From contig CAWDEM010000008.1 of the NCBI GenBank assembly GCA_963801355.1, positions 544,001-608,000 of the forward strand: 64,000 nt of DNA. Direction: 5' to 3'. This DNA comes from Ignavibacteriota bacterium (GTDB taxonomy: Bacteria > Bacteroidota > Ignavibacteria > UBA10030 > UBA6906). Each line of letters begins with the position of its first letter. Position 1 is the stretch's first letter. A program made the translations under genes and the position numbers. Below, in pieces: positions 1-10,078 of the stretch. The notes beneath the pieces are model-generated. The model saw only the letters and a list, made by a program, of their open reading frames with translations. It was not told where the DNA came from and made no database searches.

Positions 1-765
1 CTCACGTATTTTCCCCTGCAGGGAGAGGATTTTGCCACCCGGCTGCTCTCACCCATTAGTCCGTCAATGATCCTGTTCCTCTCGCAATCGGGCTGGAGCG
101 TCGAGCGGCTCTTTACACTCTGTGTTCAGCAGGCGAACGAAGTGCCCAACGCTGTCTCCGCATCGGGTCCGACTCCCGATCTTGCGCCGGAGTACGAACG
201 ATCGCACCAGGTGTTCGAGGCGATGCGGACACTCCAGAAAAAGGGGCTCATCGAGGGGGCGCTCGACAAAGACGGGAAGACCGTCCTGTTGTATATTCGC
301 AACAACGCGAATGGTTCCACCGATCCGGCGGCTGTGAAGGTCAGGGAGTTACTGGACCTCGATCCCAATGCTCCGATGTACCGGCTTGTGCCCTCGTACG
401 TCCGTGAAGGCAAGGATGAGATTGCGGTGATGGGCCGGTCGATCCTGTCAGTGATGTTTTTTCTCTCTCAGGCCGTCGAAGTGCCTGCGACACATGCCAG
501 TCAGGGGAAGGTGACCGTCACCATGCGCAGTGACGGCACGCCCTTCGATTGGTCTCAGGTGATGGGCAGGGTGTTTCGTGTGCAGGTATCCCCCACCGAA
601 CCGGACAATGCCTATGTCCGTGTCTACTACCGGGATCACTGGTTCTACATCGCTGATTCCGACCTCAACACAAAAACGACGTTCAGTTTGCTGACGTACC
701 TTTTCAATCTGAAGGCAGCCGGGAAGGGCGGGCAGGAACCGCTGTTGAGTTATCCGATACGGTAG
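1..765 (+). CDS. Conserved hypothetical protein, C-terminal part (5' end lies outside the window)
   Basis: Frame is open from base 1 (LTYFPLQGEDFATRLLSPISP...) into ORF 67..765 and stops at TAG 763-765. Motifs GWSVERL and YRDHWFYIADSD resemble an uncharacterised proteobacterial/FCB lipoprotein family; function unknown. Confidence 0.75.
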   Translation, partial: LTYFPLQGEDFATRLLSPISPSMILFLSQSGWSVERLFTLCVQQANEVPNAVSASGPTPDLAPEYERSHQVFEAMRTLQKKGLIEGALDKDGKTVLLYIRNNANGSTDPAAVKVRELLDLDPNAPMYRLVPSYVREGKDEIAVMGRSILSVMFFLSQAVEVPATHASQGKVTVTMRSDGTPFDWSQVMGRVFRVQVSPTEPDNAYVRVYYRDHWFYIADSDLNTKTTFSLLTYLFNLKAAGKGGQEPLLSYPIR

Positions 766-790
766 AATGGCCGGAGGGGTGGGGAAAGTG

Positions 791-864
791 TGCGCCCAGA
801 GGGAGTCGAACCCCCAACCGTCAGATCCGAAGTCTGATGCTCTATCCAGTTGAGCTATGGGCGC
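791..864 (-). tRNA. tRNA-Arg, anticodon UCG (CCA not encoded)
   Basis: Reverse complement is GCGCCCATAGCTCAACTGGATAGAGCATCAGACTTCGGATCTGACGGTTGGGGGTTCGACTCCCTCTGGGCGCA. Acceptor stem GCGCCCA/TGGGCGC, D-arm, anticodon arm TCAGA-CTTCGGA-TCTGA and T-loop TTCGACT are all present. Confidence 0.95.
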
Positions 865-875
865 AGCGTGTATGT

Positions 876-3800
876 TCAGGCGGTCTGTTGCCCGGACCTC
901 CTTGCCATCCAGGCCTTTACCTTTTGTCCTCTTTGCTCCGCCACGATGTAAATCACGGGCACAACCAGCAGTGTCAATATAGTACCGACGGTCAAGCCCC
1001 CCATGACTGATCTCGCCATAGGTGCCCAGCTCTCGCCGCTTTCCCCTACGCCAAGGGCGAGCGGAAACAGCCCGAGAATTGTCGTCAGCGCTGTCATCAG
1101 CACCGGACGGAGGCGGACCAGTCCCGCCTTCTCCACTGCTTCAAACAATTCCATGCCCTGGCGCCGCAGCTGATTCATGTAGTCGACGAGAACAATGCCG
1201 TTGTTGACGATGATCCCGACGAGCATCACGATGCCCACCAGCGACATGACATTGAGATTAGTCCCCGTCACTACAAGTCCCAGGGTCACGCCGATGACCG
1301 AGAGCGGGATAGTGAAGATGATGATGAACGGGTCAACCAGCGACTCGAATTGCGACGCCATTACCATGTAGGTCAGGAGAATGGCGACGAGGGCGGCCAG
1401 CCCCAGATACATGAACGACTCCTGTTGTTCTTTTGCCGCGCCGCTGATTTCCAGCCGGACCTCGTTCGGCACGGAGAGCCCGCGCAGCACTTTCTCGACA
1501 TCGCGTGTTGCGCCGCTCAAGTCCCTCCCGGACACGTCGAGTGTCACAGTGGCGAGTCGCTCCTGGTCTTCGCGGTTGATTTCGCGCGGGGCGGTGGAGT
1601 ATGAGACGTCCGCAACGGAGCGCAGCGGGACCTGTTTTCCTGCCGGGGTCATGATCAGGAGGTTCTCCAGATCCTCCTTGCTGAGCCGGGCCTCCTCCGT
1701 CAGCTGCACGCGGATGTTGTATTCATCCCCTCCTTCCCGGAAGATAGTCGCCACAGTGCCCAGGATGCTTGTGCTAATGGTGTTCCCGACCTGTGTCGTG
1801 CTGAGCCCGAGATCCGCAATCCGGCGGCGGTCGGGAGTGATTTTGAGTTCGGGCCGCGTCGCCTTGATACTTGCTTCCGCCTGTACGATGCCTTCCACGT
1901 TGCGCACGGCCTTCACTATCTGGGTGCTCACGGCTTCTGTGACGGCGAGATCGTGACTGAAGATCTGGACGATGATATCGCCGCCCGTGCCCATCATTGT
2001 TTCTGCGCCCCGGTCGGCAAATCGCACGTTCACATCAGAGAGCGTCTTCACGGTGTCTCGCAAGTCGTCTTGAATCTCAAACATGCTCCGGCTTCGCTGC
2101 GAGCGGTTCTTCAGACGTATGCTCAGGTCTCCTTCGTTTGAGGCTTGAGACGAGAACATCGCCATGATCCCTTCTCCCTGTCCGAAATTGATGAAGACCA
2201 TTTCCGCCTCGGGAACGAGGCCCATGACGATTTCGTTGAGCTGCTTTGCACTTTTCTCCATGGCGGGGAGGCTGGTGCCGGGCGAGCGGTCAAGCGTCAT
2301 GGACATGAAGCCCATGTCGTTTTGAGGCATGAAGTCGCCGCCCAGGTTCATCAGGACAAGGATCGCCACGACGAAAGCGCCGGTCGAGTACCAGAGCACC
2401 CGCGCGCGATGGAGGACGCACCAATGCAGCCACCCCGCGTAGAATCGGTGCAGTTTCTCGAGCCAGGTGCCCACATTCCGCCCGAAACGTTCCCAGAACC
2501 CCGGCTTGTGCGCGCGACCGTGACGTCCGAGAAAGCGGGATGCCAGGAGCGGGACGAGCGTCAATGCCACGAGCAGCGAAAGGGAGAGCGAGAAGCAGAT
2601 GGTAATCACCATCTCTTTGAAAAGTTCGCCCGCCAGCCCGGGGACGAACAGTACGGGGACGAAGACAGCCAAGGTTGTCAACGTTGAGGCTGTAATCGCC
2701 ATCGCCACCTCCGTCGTGCCGACATCCGCTGCCTCACGGGGCGCTTTCCCCTCCTGATTGTGGCGGAAGATGCTCTCGAGCACAACGATGGAGTTGTCGA
2801 CAATCATCCCCACGGCCAGCGCGAGCCCCGCCATGGAGATGATATTCAGCGTGAGTCCGGATTGATCCATCACGGCGAAGGTGACGATTATGGAAACCGG
2901 GATGGACACTGCCACGATGAGTGAACTGCGGACATTACGCAGGAAGAACAGCAGCACCAGAAAGGTGAGTCCCACCGCCTGGATAGCCGTTGATCCGAGA
3001 TTCGACATCGACTGGTTGATAAAGACCGACGTATCGTAGAATATCCCCAGTTTGACCCCCCGCGGGAGTTGTGACTCGACCAGCGCCATCCGTTTCACGA
3101 CTGCCCGGCAAACCTCCACCGTATTGGCGTCCGACTGTTTCTGAAGGGCAAGCATGACCGCCGGTTTTCCGTTGCTCCACACCTTCTGTCGTTGTTCCGC
3201 AAACCCATCGATGACCCTGGCGACATCCTTGACTCTGATGAGTGTCGCCCCCCGTACGGCAACGGTGGTATTCTCAATCTCATCCAGAGTGGAATATTCT
3301 CCGGCCGTCTGGAGACGTGAATTCCTGATTCTCGTCCTGGATCCATCCCGAGGGGGACTGGATGTTGTTCATGCGCAGTGCGCCGACAATCTGATCGAGG
3401 GTAACGTTTCTCGCCCGGAGCCGGCCCGGGTCGGCGAGCACTTTGATCTCGCGCCGCATGCCTCCGACGGTGAACGCGGAAGCGACGCCGGGGATGCGTT
3501 CGAGCCGCGGTTCAACGTCGTTTTCTGAAATACGCCGCAGCTCCGCCTGACCATGCAGCTGCGATTCGACGGTCATGTACATGATGGGTTGGCCGGAGAC
3601 ATCGAAAGCAAACAGCAACGGGTCTGTCATGTCGTCCGGAAACGTGCTGCGCACCAGGTCGAGGGCTTCGCGGATCTCGATCTTTGACTGGTCCATATCT
3701 GTGCCCCAGTCAAACTCCAGCATGACCAGGGAGATGCCCTCCGCCGAGGTCGAAGTGAGCTTCTTGACGTTTTTCACCGATGCGACAGATTTCTCGATGA

Positions 3801-3996
3801 TCCGCGTCACCACCGTTTCCATGTCCTCGGGCCCGACGCCCGTGTACTGGCTGATGACTGCGATCATCGGGAATTCAAGCTTCGGATAAAGGTCCAGCTT
3901 CAGGCGCACCAGCGAGAAAACGCCGAACCCGATCGCAATGAGATAAATCATCAGGGTCGTGACTGCCCGCCTGATGGATGACTGGGTGAGCTTCAT
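876..3996 (-). pseudogene. Efflux RND transporter permease (AcrB/AcrD/AcrF family), split by a +1 frameshift near 3315 (true lesion or sequencing error)
   Basis: ORF 3280..3996 gives the RND N-terminus (LKLDLYPKLEFP...GVGPEDME). ORF 876..3182 gives the rest (GMIVDNSIVVLE, GIIVNNGIVLVD, RLRPVLMT). Removing one base in TTCACGTCTCCAG restores ...QEFTLQTAGEYSTLDEIEN... and a protein of about 1039 aa. Confidence 0.8.
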
Positions 3997-5135
3997 CGAT
4001 CAGGTCCTTCTCTCCCGACGACGACGATCCGCGCGCCGTCGCGCAGCGTGTTCTGCCCGACCGTCACAAACCGCTCTCCTTCCGACAATCCCGACGACAC
4101 CGCGATATTCTCGTTGCCGACATAGGAAACGCCCAGTTTGCGCTGCACAGCGCTGTCTCCCTGCACAACGTAGATGTAGTAGTTCTTCACAACCACGTCC
4201 TTGCCGTTGTGCTGCTCGAGGGAGGAGCTTTCGATTGTCGCATGCAGGGGGACAACGATGACATTGTTCACGGTGCCGACGCGGACCTCAACACGAGCGA
4301 ACATGCCGGGCTTCAGTGCGTGTCCAGGGTTGTCCAGCACAACTTCCACATGCGCCATTCTGGTCATGCGGTCGAGCACCGGGCTGATCTCCCCCACCGT
4401 TCCTTTGAATACGCGGTCGGGATAGCTCTTGACGCGGACTTCCGCGGGCTGTGTGCGCTTGAGCAATCCGACATCCGACTCCGCCACATCAAATGCGACT
4501 TTCACGCGATCCATCTGCACGAGAGAAACCAGAGGCCGGGCGGGCGACGCCATGTCACCGTCTTCGTAGTTGCGGGTGGCGACGATCCCCGATATCGGCG
4601 CGGTGATCAAAGCGTCGTTGAGCTGGCTTCTTGCCGACTTCAGCATCGCCTCCGCCTGCTCCCGTTGGGCGGCCACCGCCTCAAATTGCGTCTTGATGGC
4701 GTCCAACTGCTGCTGGCTGAGGGCATTTTCCTTGAACAGCCTCTGCGAGCGCTCGTACTCGAGACGCACATTCGCTTCCTGCGCCCGGGCGGCACCCAGC
4801 GCCGCGTCCGCCTGGCGCACAGCCTGTTCTATCGTGGTGGCGCGCACGCGGGCGATCAACGCGCCCTGCCGCACACGGTCTCCGACATCAACCAGAAACT
4901 TGTCGATCCGGTCAGGGACCCTGGAGTACACCTGAATTTCAAACTCCGCCTCGACATCGCCATCATAGCCAAGCGTCCGGTTGACGTTCTGGCGCTGCGC
5001 CACCAGGACCTCCACCGGTATCTTCTCGCCTGCCTCGCCGCCCTCCTTGGAATCTGAACATGCCGTCAGCATGAGAGCCAGTGACAGGACAATAGCACGC
5101 GGGAACAGCCTTTTCCACTTCGGTTTCATACGCAT
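3993..5135 (-). CDS. Efflux RND periplasmic adaptor (membrane fusion protein), lipoprotein
   Basis: Lipobox LMLTAC, lipoyl half-motifs (VDVGDRVRQG, ITAPISGIV), coiled-coil hairpin and LKPGMFARV. ATGA overlap with the RND gene. Confidence 0.93.
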   Translation of the reverse strand: MRMKPKWKRLFPRAIVLSLALMLTACSDSKEGGEAGEKIPVEVLVAQRQNVNRTLGYDGDVEAEFEIQVYSRVPDRIDKFLVDVGDRVRQGALIARVRATTIEQAVRQADAALGAARAQEANVRLEYERSQRLFKENALSQQQLDAIKTQFEAVAAQREQAEAMLKSARSQLNDALITAPISGIVATRNYEDGDMASPARPLVSLVQMDRVKVAFDVAESDVGLLKRTQPAEVRVKSYPDRVFKGTVGEISPVLDRMTRMAHVEVVLDNPGHALKPGMFARVEVRVGTVNNVIVVPLHATIESSSLEQHNGKDVVVKNYYIYVVQGDSAVQRKLGVSYVGNENIAVSSGLSEGERFVTVGQNTLRDGARIVVVGREGPDR

Positions 5136-5171
5136 CCTGTGTTCAGTCTGTGGGTCGCCCGCCGGTCCTGC

Positions 5172-6566
5172 CTAGAGCGCCCCCTCGAGGTGCCCGACAG
5201 CCTTCCGGAGGCGGTACCGGGCCACCTGGTACTCGAAAATTGAATTGGCATAGTTGACTTGTGCACGGGTAAGAGCAAGCTGCGAATTCAGCACATCCAG
5301 CTGCGTGTTCACTCCCTCATTGTACATCACCGTCGCGAGGCGCAGGGCCTCTGTGCCAAGCTTCTCCGTCGCGAGGGCCGACCTGTGCTTCTCATCCGCC
5401 TCGTGGAACGAGTTGAGCGCCACTTCCACTTCGGTACTGATCGCGTTCACCAGACTCCGTTCATCCTCCAGAACACTCCGATAGTCCAGCTCGGCTTTTT
5501 CGGTTTCTTTCGCGGTCTTAAAGCCAGCAAAGATCGGAACCTGGAGCGTCAGCGAGGAAGTGATTCCTTTGCTGAAATCGGGCCGGGCAAAACGCAGGTC
5601 ATCCCTCATGCCGAGATACGACAGGTCTGTCTGGAAGATAAGCGTCGGCCAGTAGCCGCTCTGCGCCACAGTGACGCTGTTGTCGGCCATAGTTTTGCGT
5701 TCTACCATGATCTTTGCTTCTTTCCGCTCCTCGAGCGCCATTGTCTGAAGCTCTGTCAGGGAGCGGGTCGCGAACTCTTCGGGGGCATACGTGAACTCCC
5801 CCGCGACATCGATGCTCTCGCTGCGGTCGAGTCCGAGAACTGTGCGCAAGGTTGAGAGCGACGACCGGTAGGCATTGCGTGCAGTAATCAGGTCGGGTTC
5901 AATCGTCGCGGCTTCCACCTGTGCCCGCATTTTGTCAAACGGTGACGCCATGCCGACGTCAAATTTCTTGGTGACCGTCTCAAGGTTCGCCGTGGCCTGC
6001 GCGAGAGCATTCTCCTGGACACGCACAAGCTCCTGCGCGAGCAGCACCGAATAGAACGCCGAGGCCGCGTTGAGTATGAGTGTCTGGCGTCTAAGTTCGA
6101 GCGCATGTTCCGCTGCGCGTTCTGCTGCATTTGCCATCCTGATCCCGGCCATGCCGGCGCCTCCGAGGAACAGCGGCTGCGTGATCGTTGCCCCGTAGCG
6201 CAGCATGTTCTGGAGCCCGAACGCAATGTCGACGAAGTCCGGCATCTGGTCCACACCCGGGATCATCGTGCCCAGCGGGCCGAGCATTGGTTTCAGAAAG
6301 TTTGGGATTCTGCTGGTCTGGATTTCCCAGGAATGCTGGAGGTTCGCGTATCCGTCAAGCCGGGGAAGCACGGTCGACCACGCCTGCCAGACGCCCGCGC
6401 CGGCCTTGTCGTAGTCGTTGCGTGCCACCTGAAGTTCAGGGCTGTGTTCGATGGCTGTGGCGATGCTTTGTTCCAGCGTCAGGGTCAGCTTCACCTGTCC
6501 TGCGCAGGGTGGGGCAACGATGAAGCCGAAGACTGCGAACACGCCTCCCATCCACAAGAGCTGCAT
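5172..6566 (-). CDS. TolC family outer membrane efflux protein
   Basis: LTLEQSIATAIEHSPEL, two OEP repeats and YNEGVNTQLDVLNSQ. ATG at 6566 is preceded by GGAGGA; signal peptide present. Confidence 0.92.
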   Translation of the reverse strand: MQLLWMGGVFAVFGFIVAPPCAGQVKLTLTLEQSIATAIEHSPELQVARNDYDKAGAGVWQAWSTVLPRLDGYANLQHSWEIQTSRIPNFLKPMLGPLGTMIPGVDQMPDFVDIAFGLQNMLRYGATITQPLFLGGAGMAGIRMANAAERAAEHALELRRQTLILNAASAFYSVLLAQELVRVQENALAQATANLETVTKKFDVGMASPFDKMRAQVEAATIEPDLITARNAYRSSLSTLRTVLGLDRSESIDVAGEFTYAPEEFATRSLTELQTMALEERKEAKIMVERKTMADNSVTVAQSGYWPTLIFQTDLSYLGMRDDLRFARPDFSKGITSSLTLQVPIFAGFKTAKETEKAELDYRSVLEDERSLVNAISTEVEVALNSFHEADEKHRSALATEKLGTEALRLATVMYNEGVNTQLDVLNSQLALTRAQVNYANSIFEYQVARYRLRKAVGHLEGAL

Positions 6567-6660
6567 ATGCTCCTCCGCCAGCGGGGAAAAAGCGAAAAGG
6601 AATGGATCACCGATCTCAACGCACACTACCTGACTTTTACGAGGAACACCGGGGCCTGTT

Positions 6661-7827
6661 TCATGCAGCGGGCGGTGCGGAATTCCTGTGTATGATCTTT
6701 GCGCCGTCGAATCCGTTGAACTTTGTCGCCGAGGCGATGCTGTACGCGCCGATGTTTTCCGTGTACAGGTAATCTCCTATCTCGAGGGTCCACGGGAGTT
6801 CCACGGAGAGGGATATTTTGTCGAAGCTGTCGCAGGTCGGCCCCACAACGGCGCAGATTTCAGACTCGCCCTCCTTGAAGGCGTGGAAATTCGGGATCCA
6901 GTGATCATAGACCACGCCGGAAAATGTGTGGTACACCCCGTCATTAATGTGGTAGTATACCTTGCCGTTCCTTCGTGCTTTGCCGATAATTTCCGAGACG
7001 AGCATTCCTGCAGTCGCGGCAATGAAGCGGCCCGGTTCGGCCACGATCTCGATGTCATTCGGGAACAGCCTCGCGAACTCGGAATTGAGAAGGGTGGCCA
7101 GTTTCTCAAATTGAGGGACCTGCGGATCGTAGGGAACGGGGAACCCTCCGCCGATGTCGATGAGATTGAGCGGGAATCCCTTGTTACGTGCGTCGCGCAA
7201 TACGGTCGAGGCAATAGCGAGCGCCACGGTGAAGTTGTCGAAATTGGTACACTGACTGCCGACGTGAAAACTGATCCCCTCGACCTTCAGGCCCATGTCA
7301 AACGCCTGCTGGATAAGCTGCTGTGCATCACCCGGCTCGGCTCCGAACTTGGAGCTCATCTCGACCTGTGAGCCCGTGTCAGGGACCTTCAATCGCAGGA
7401 CCAGACCGGCGGTGTCGCAATGATGCTTGATCTTTATGAGCTCGCCGCTGTTATCATACGTCATCAGCGGTTTGTATTGCTTGATCCTGCTCAGTGTGTC
7501 GCGGTCTTTGATCGTGTTGGAAAAAATGATCTTGTCCCAGACGAAATACTTCTTTTCCTTTCGTTCGAAGTGCTTGATGTACTGATACACCTGCATGAAT
7601 TCGTTAAAGGAGGCCACATCGAAGCTCGAACCTTCCTCGAACAGCGTTTCGATGATCTTCTGGTTGGAATTGGCCTTGACCGCATAGTAGCACTGCACCC
7701 GGGGGAGGTGCTTCTTGAATGTCCGGTAGCTCTCCCGGATTCTGTCATGGTCGATAATGAACAGGGGGGAGCCATGCTCCCCCACCAGGGCCAGAAGGTC
7801 TTCTTTCAAGGGCACAGTACGTTCCAA
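6661..7827 (-). CDS. Type III PLP-dependent ornithine (or Lys/Orn) decarboxylase
   Basis: YAVKAN (PLP lysine), FDVAS, SKFG, FHVGSQ, DIGGGF, AEPGR and GPTCD. The YDH specificity element has Asp, as in ODCs. TTG start is uncertain. Confidence 0.9.
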   Translation of the reverse strand: MERTVPLKEDLLALVGEHGSPLFIIDHDRIRESYRTFKKHLPRVQCYYAVKANSNQKIIETLFEEGSSFDVASFNEFMQVYQYIKHFERKEKKYFVWDKIIFSNTIKDRDTLSRIKQYKPLMTYDNSGELIKIKHHCDTAGLVLRLKVPDTGSQVEMSSKFGAEPGDAQQLIQQAFDMGLKVEGISFHVGSQCTNFDNFTVALAIASTVLRDARNKGFPLNLIDIGGGFPVPYDPQVPQFEKLATLLNSEFARLFPNDIEIVAEPGRFIAATAGMLVSEIIGKARRNGKVYYHINDGVYHTFSGVVYDHWIPNFHAFKEGESEICAVVGPTCDSFDKISLSVELPWTLEIGDYLYTENIGAYSIASATKFNGFDGAKIIHRNSAPPAA

Positions 7828-7866
7828 TCAGCCGACGAACGTGACAGGATGTCCAGTCGGCGAAGA

Positions 7867-7890
7867 TCGCGCGCCGCACGGGGCGCGCGA
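7867..7890. other. GC-rich 9-bp stem-loop between the DHS-like and ODC genes
   Basis: TCGCGCGCC-GCACGG-GGCGCGCGA, with no U-tract. Confidence 0.5.
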
Positions 7891-7912
7891 GCCACTGGAG
7901 TGAACGAGCTCG

Positions 7913-9082
7913 TTACGCAGGGAGCTTCTTCATCAGGGACTTCAACTCATCAACTTCCTTGTTGTTCTCGAGATACGATTCGATCAACCTCTTTCGCAAT
8001 TCGTCACCGCGGTCATAGAGGCGCTTCAGCGTCTTCGGTTTTGTCGTCTGACAGACGTAAGCGACGAGCAGCGGGAATGCGACCGTCACGTCGACGTAGG
8101 CTGTCACGGTTTGTTCAAGCTGTGTGGGATCAATCTTTCCCCAGCTGACCGCTTCGCTGGGAGGCGCGCCGGAAAGTCCGCCGGTGTCCGGACGGGCATC
8201 GGTGATATTGATGTCATAATCCTGGCCGGCCTCCGGGATCATGAGCACTTCCTGAATTTGGGGCTCCGTTTGCAGCAGGAAATTCTTCGGACTCCCGCCG
8301 CCGATCAGGAGCACGCCGGTTTTGCCTTTCTCGTATCTCTTGGCGTTCAGGATGATGGCGGTGGAATCGTTGACATCGATGCTGGGATTGATTTCCAGTT
8401 TGAAATAGTTCTTGAGGCCCGCCGCCTCGGCCAGCAGTTCCAGCCCCGCCACGTTCATGCCGATTGTCGAATCACCCGGTGAGGATGTGAACACGGGGAT
8501 CCCGTTGCGGTATGCAGCCGCGAGTACACTGACCTGGCCGAGATTGTTCCGCTGTTCGTACTCGTTCAGGACCTTCCCCAGAAGGTGGTAGTATTCCCGG
8601 GTGCCCATCTGTTTCTGGAACTCCGGCCGGAGCATAATCTTGCGCAGGATGCGGTCAGTGGCCATCAACACATCTTCATAGTCGAAAAGGATATCGTAGA
8701 TCCGGGTGACGCCCTTCTCGCGTAAATCGGCGTCGTCGACCGTGTGGCTGCCGCGGTAGAGCGGCATGTTGAGGGCAAAGTGCATGTCATGATACATGTT
8801 GGCCCCGGTTGCCACCATCCAGTCCACGAAGCCGTGATTCATGAGGGGAATGATGGTTGATGGCCCGAGACCGGCAGGGGTCAGTGCACCGGCAATGCTC
8901 ATGCCGATGGTGACGTCCTGCTGGGAGTATTTGTCGCGCATCAGCTGACACGCGGCCCTGAGTCGTCCGCCGTTATAGGCATCCATGTTGTCGATAACGC
9001 TTGCAATGGTGCTTTCGGCTGAAATCGGCTGTGGGAGAACCCTTTTTCCCGACAGATATTGCTGCTTTGACGAGTGGTGCAT
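7913..9082 (-). CDS. speY: Deoxyhypusine synthase-like protein (homospermidine biosynthesis, SpeY-type)
   Basis: GALTPAGLG, TGANMYHD, GGGSPKNF and DTGGLSGAPPSEAVSWGK, which keeps the catalytic Lys. Flanked by agmatinase and ODC. Confidence 0.88.
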   Translation of the reverse strand: MHHSSKQQYLSGKRVLPQPISAESTIASVIDNMDAYNGGRLRAACQLMRDKYSQQDVTIGMSIAGALTPAGLGPSTIIPLMNHGFVDWMVATGANMYHDMHFALNMPLYRGSHTVDDADLREKGVTRIYDILFDYEDVLMATDRILRKIMLRPEFQKQMGTREYYHLLGKVLNEYEQRNNLGQVSVLAAAYRNGIPVFTSSPGDSTIGMNVAGLELLAEAAGLKNYFKLEINPSIDVNDSTAIILNAKRYEKGKTGVLLIGGGSPKNFLLQTEPQIQEVLMIPEAGQDYDINITDARPDTGGLSGAPPSEAVSWGKIDPTQLEQTVTAYVDVTVAFPLLVAYVCQTTKPKTLKRLYDRGDELRKRLIESYLENNKEVDELKSLMKKLPA

Positions 9083-9093
9083 GGCCTTTCCTA

Positions 9094-10005
9094 TCAGCGT
9101 GTGCGCTTCATGAAAGCATAGTTCATCAACTTGTAAGTGAGTTTTGCCGCCGTGTAGTCGGGGTGCGGAAACCCCTTCATCGGGGCATACTCAACGACAT
9201 CGCATCCGACGATCTCCCGCTGGTCTCCAATCATGCAAAGAAGTTGCATTGTTTCAGACCAGAAAAGGCCGTTCGGCTCGGGCGTACCCGTACTCGGCAT
9301 GATTGAGGGATCGAGGCCGTCCACATCGAACGTCACGTACACATGCTGCGACAGCTTCGGGAGCACCCCGGACATCCAGTTGCTGTCCGCCCGGATCTGG
9401 TGGGCAAACAGGGTCGTCACACCCTTGTCACGTATAAACGTCGCTTCCTCCGGGGAGAGTGCCCGGATGCCGACCTGCACGATATGTGCCGGATCCAGGA
9501 ATTCGCAGACGCGGGCCATGACACAGGCATGACTGAATCTGGTCCCCTCATACGTCATCCGCAGATCGGCATGTGCATCGAAGTGGACCACAGAAAGATC
9601 GGGATAGACCTCGGCGTATGCCCTGATGGGCGATTGCGACACAGTGTGCTCCCCACCCAGGAGCATGACAAACTTCTTTCGCGCAAGAAGTTCCTTCACA
9701 GCGTCGTATATCGCCTGGACTGCCTTCGCGTCGACCTTTTTGCCGAGCACAAGGGGAGGCAGCGTTGTTATACCGGCGTCTCTACACAATTCCGTGCCGA
9801 GTTCCTCGTCGTAGTACTCCACATAGCGTGAGGCGTTGAGGATTGCCCTCGGCCCGTTCCGCGTCCCCCGGCCGTAGCTGACGGTGTGCTCATACGGCAC
9901 GGGAAGAACAACGATTTTGGCGCTGTCAAAGGTCGACATGTGGCGGTCAAGACCGAGGAAGTTGCCCTTTGCCGGCAAGGATCTGAACTTGTTGGCAGTA
10001 TGCAT
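9094..10005 (-). CDS. speB: Agmatinase / ureohydrolase
   Basis: GGEHTVS, HFDAHADLR, SHAC and TFDVDGLDPSIMPSTGTPEPNG. Start taken at ATG 10005 (MHTANK). Confidence 0.92.
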   Translation of the reverse strand: MHTANKFRSLPAKGNFLGLDRHMSTFDSAKIVVLPVPYEHTVSYGRGTRNGPRAILNASRYVEYYDEELGTELCRDAGITTLPPLVLGKKVDAKAVQAIYDAVKELLARKKFVMLLGGEHTVSQSPIRAYAEVYPDLSVVHFDAHADLRMTYEGTRFSHACVMARVCEFLDPAHIVQVGIRALSPEEATFIRDKGVTTLFAHQIRADSNWMSGVLPKLSQHVYVTFDVDGLDPSIMPSTGTPEPNGLFWSETMQLLCMIGDQREIVGCDVVEYAPMKGFPHPDYTAAKLTYKLMNYAFMKRTR

Positions 10006-10047
10006 GAGAGTCGAGCAGAGGTGGTGGAAATGCAGTAATGTAGTGTG

Positions 10048-10076
10048 AAGGTAGGACAGAAACAGCTGAGATGCAA
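10048..10076 (-). promoter_or_regulatory. Putative sigma70 promoter for the polyamine cluster
   Basis: TTGCAT-17 nt-TACCTT on the minus strand, about 40 nt upstream of speB. Confidence 0.4.
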
Positions 10077-10078
10077 GA

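Noticed and set aside
3280-3320. Programmed frameshift or selenocysteine readthrough in the RND gene
   Set aside because: The continuation is in a different frame, so TGA readthrough cannot restore it. I saw no slippery sequence or stimulatory structure.
7913-9082. Hypusination of a translation factor by the DHS-like protein
   Set aside because: No efp or eIF5A-like gene is nearby, and the agmatinase/ODC context favours polyamine synthesis.
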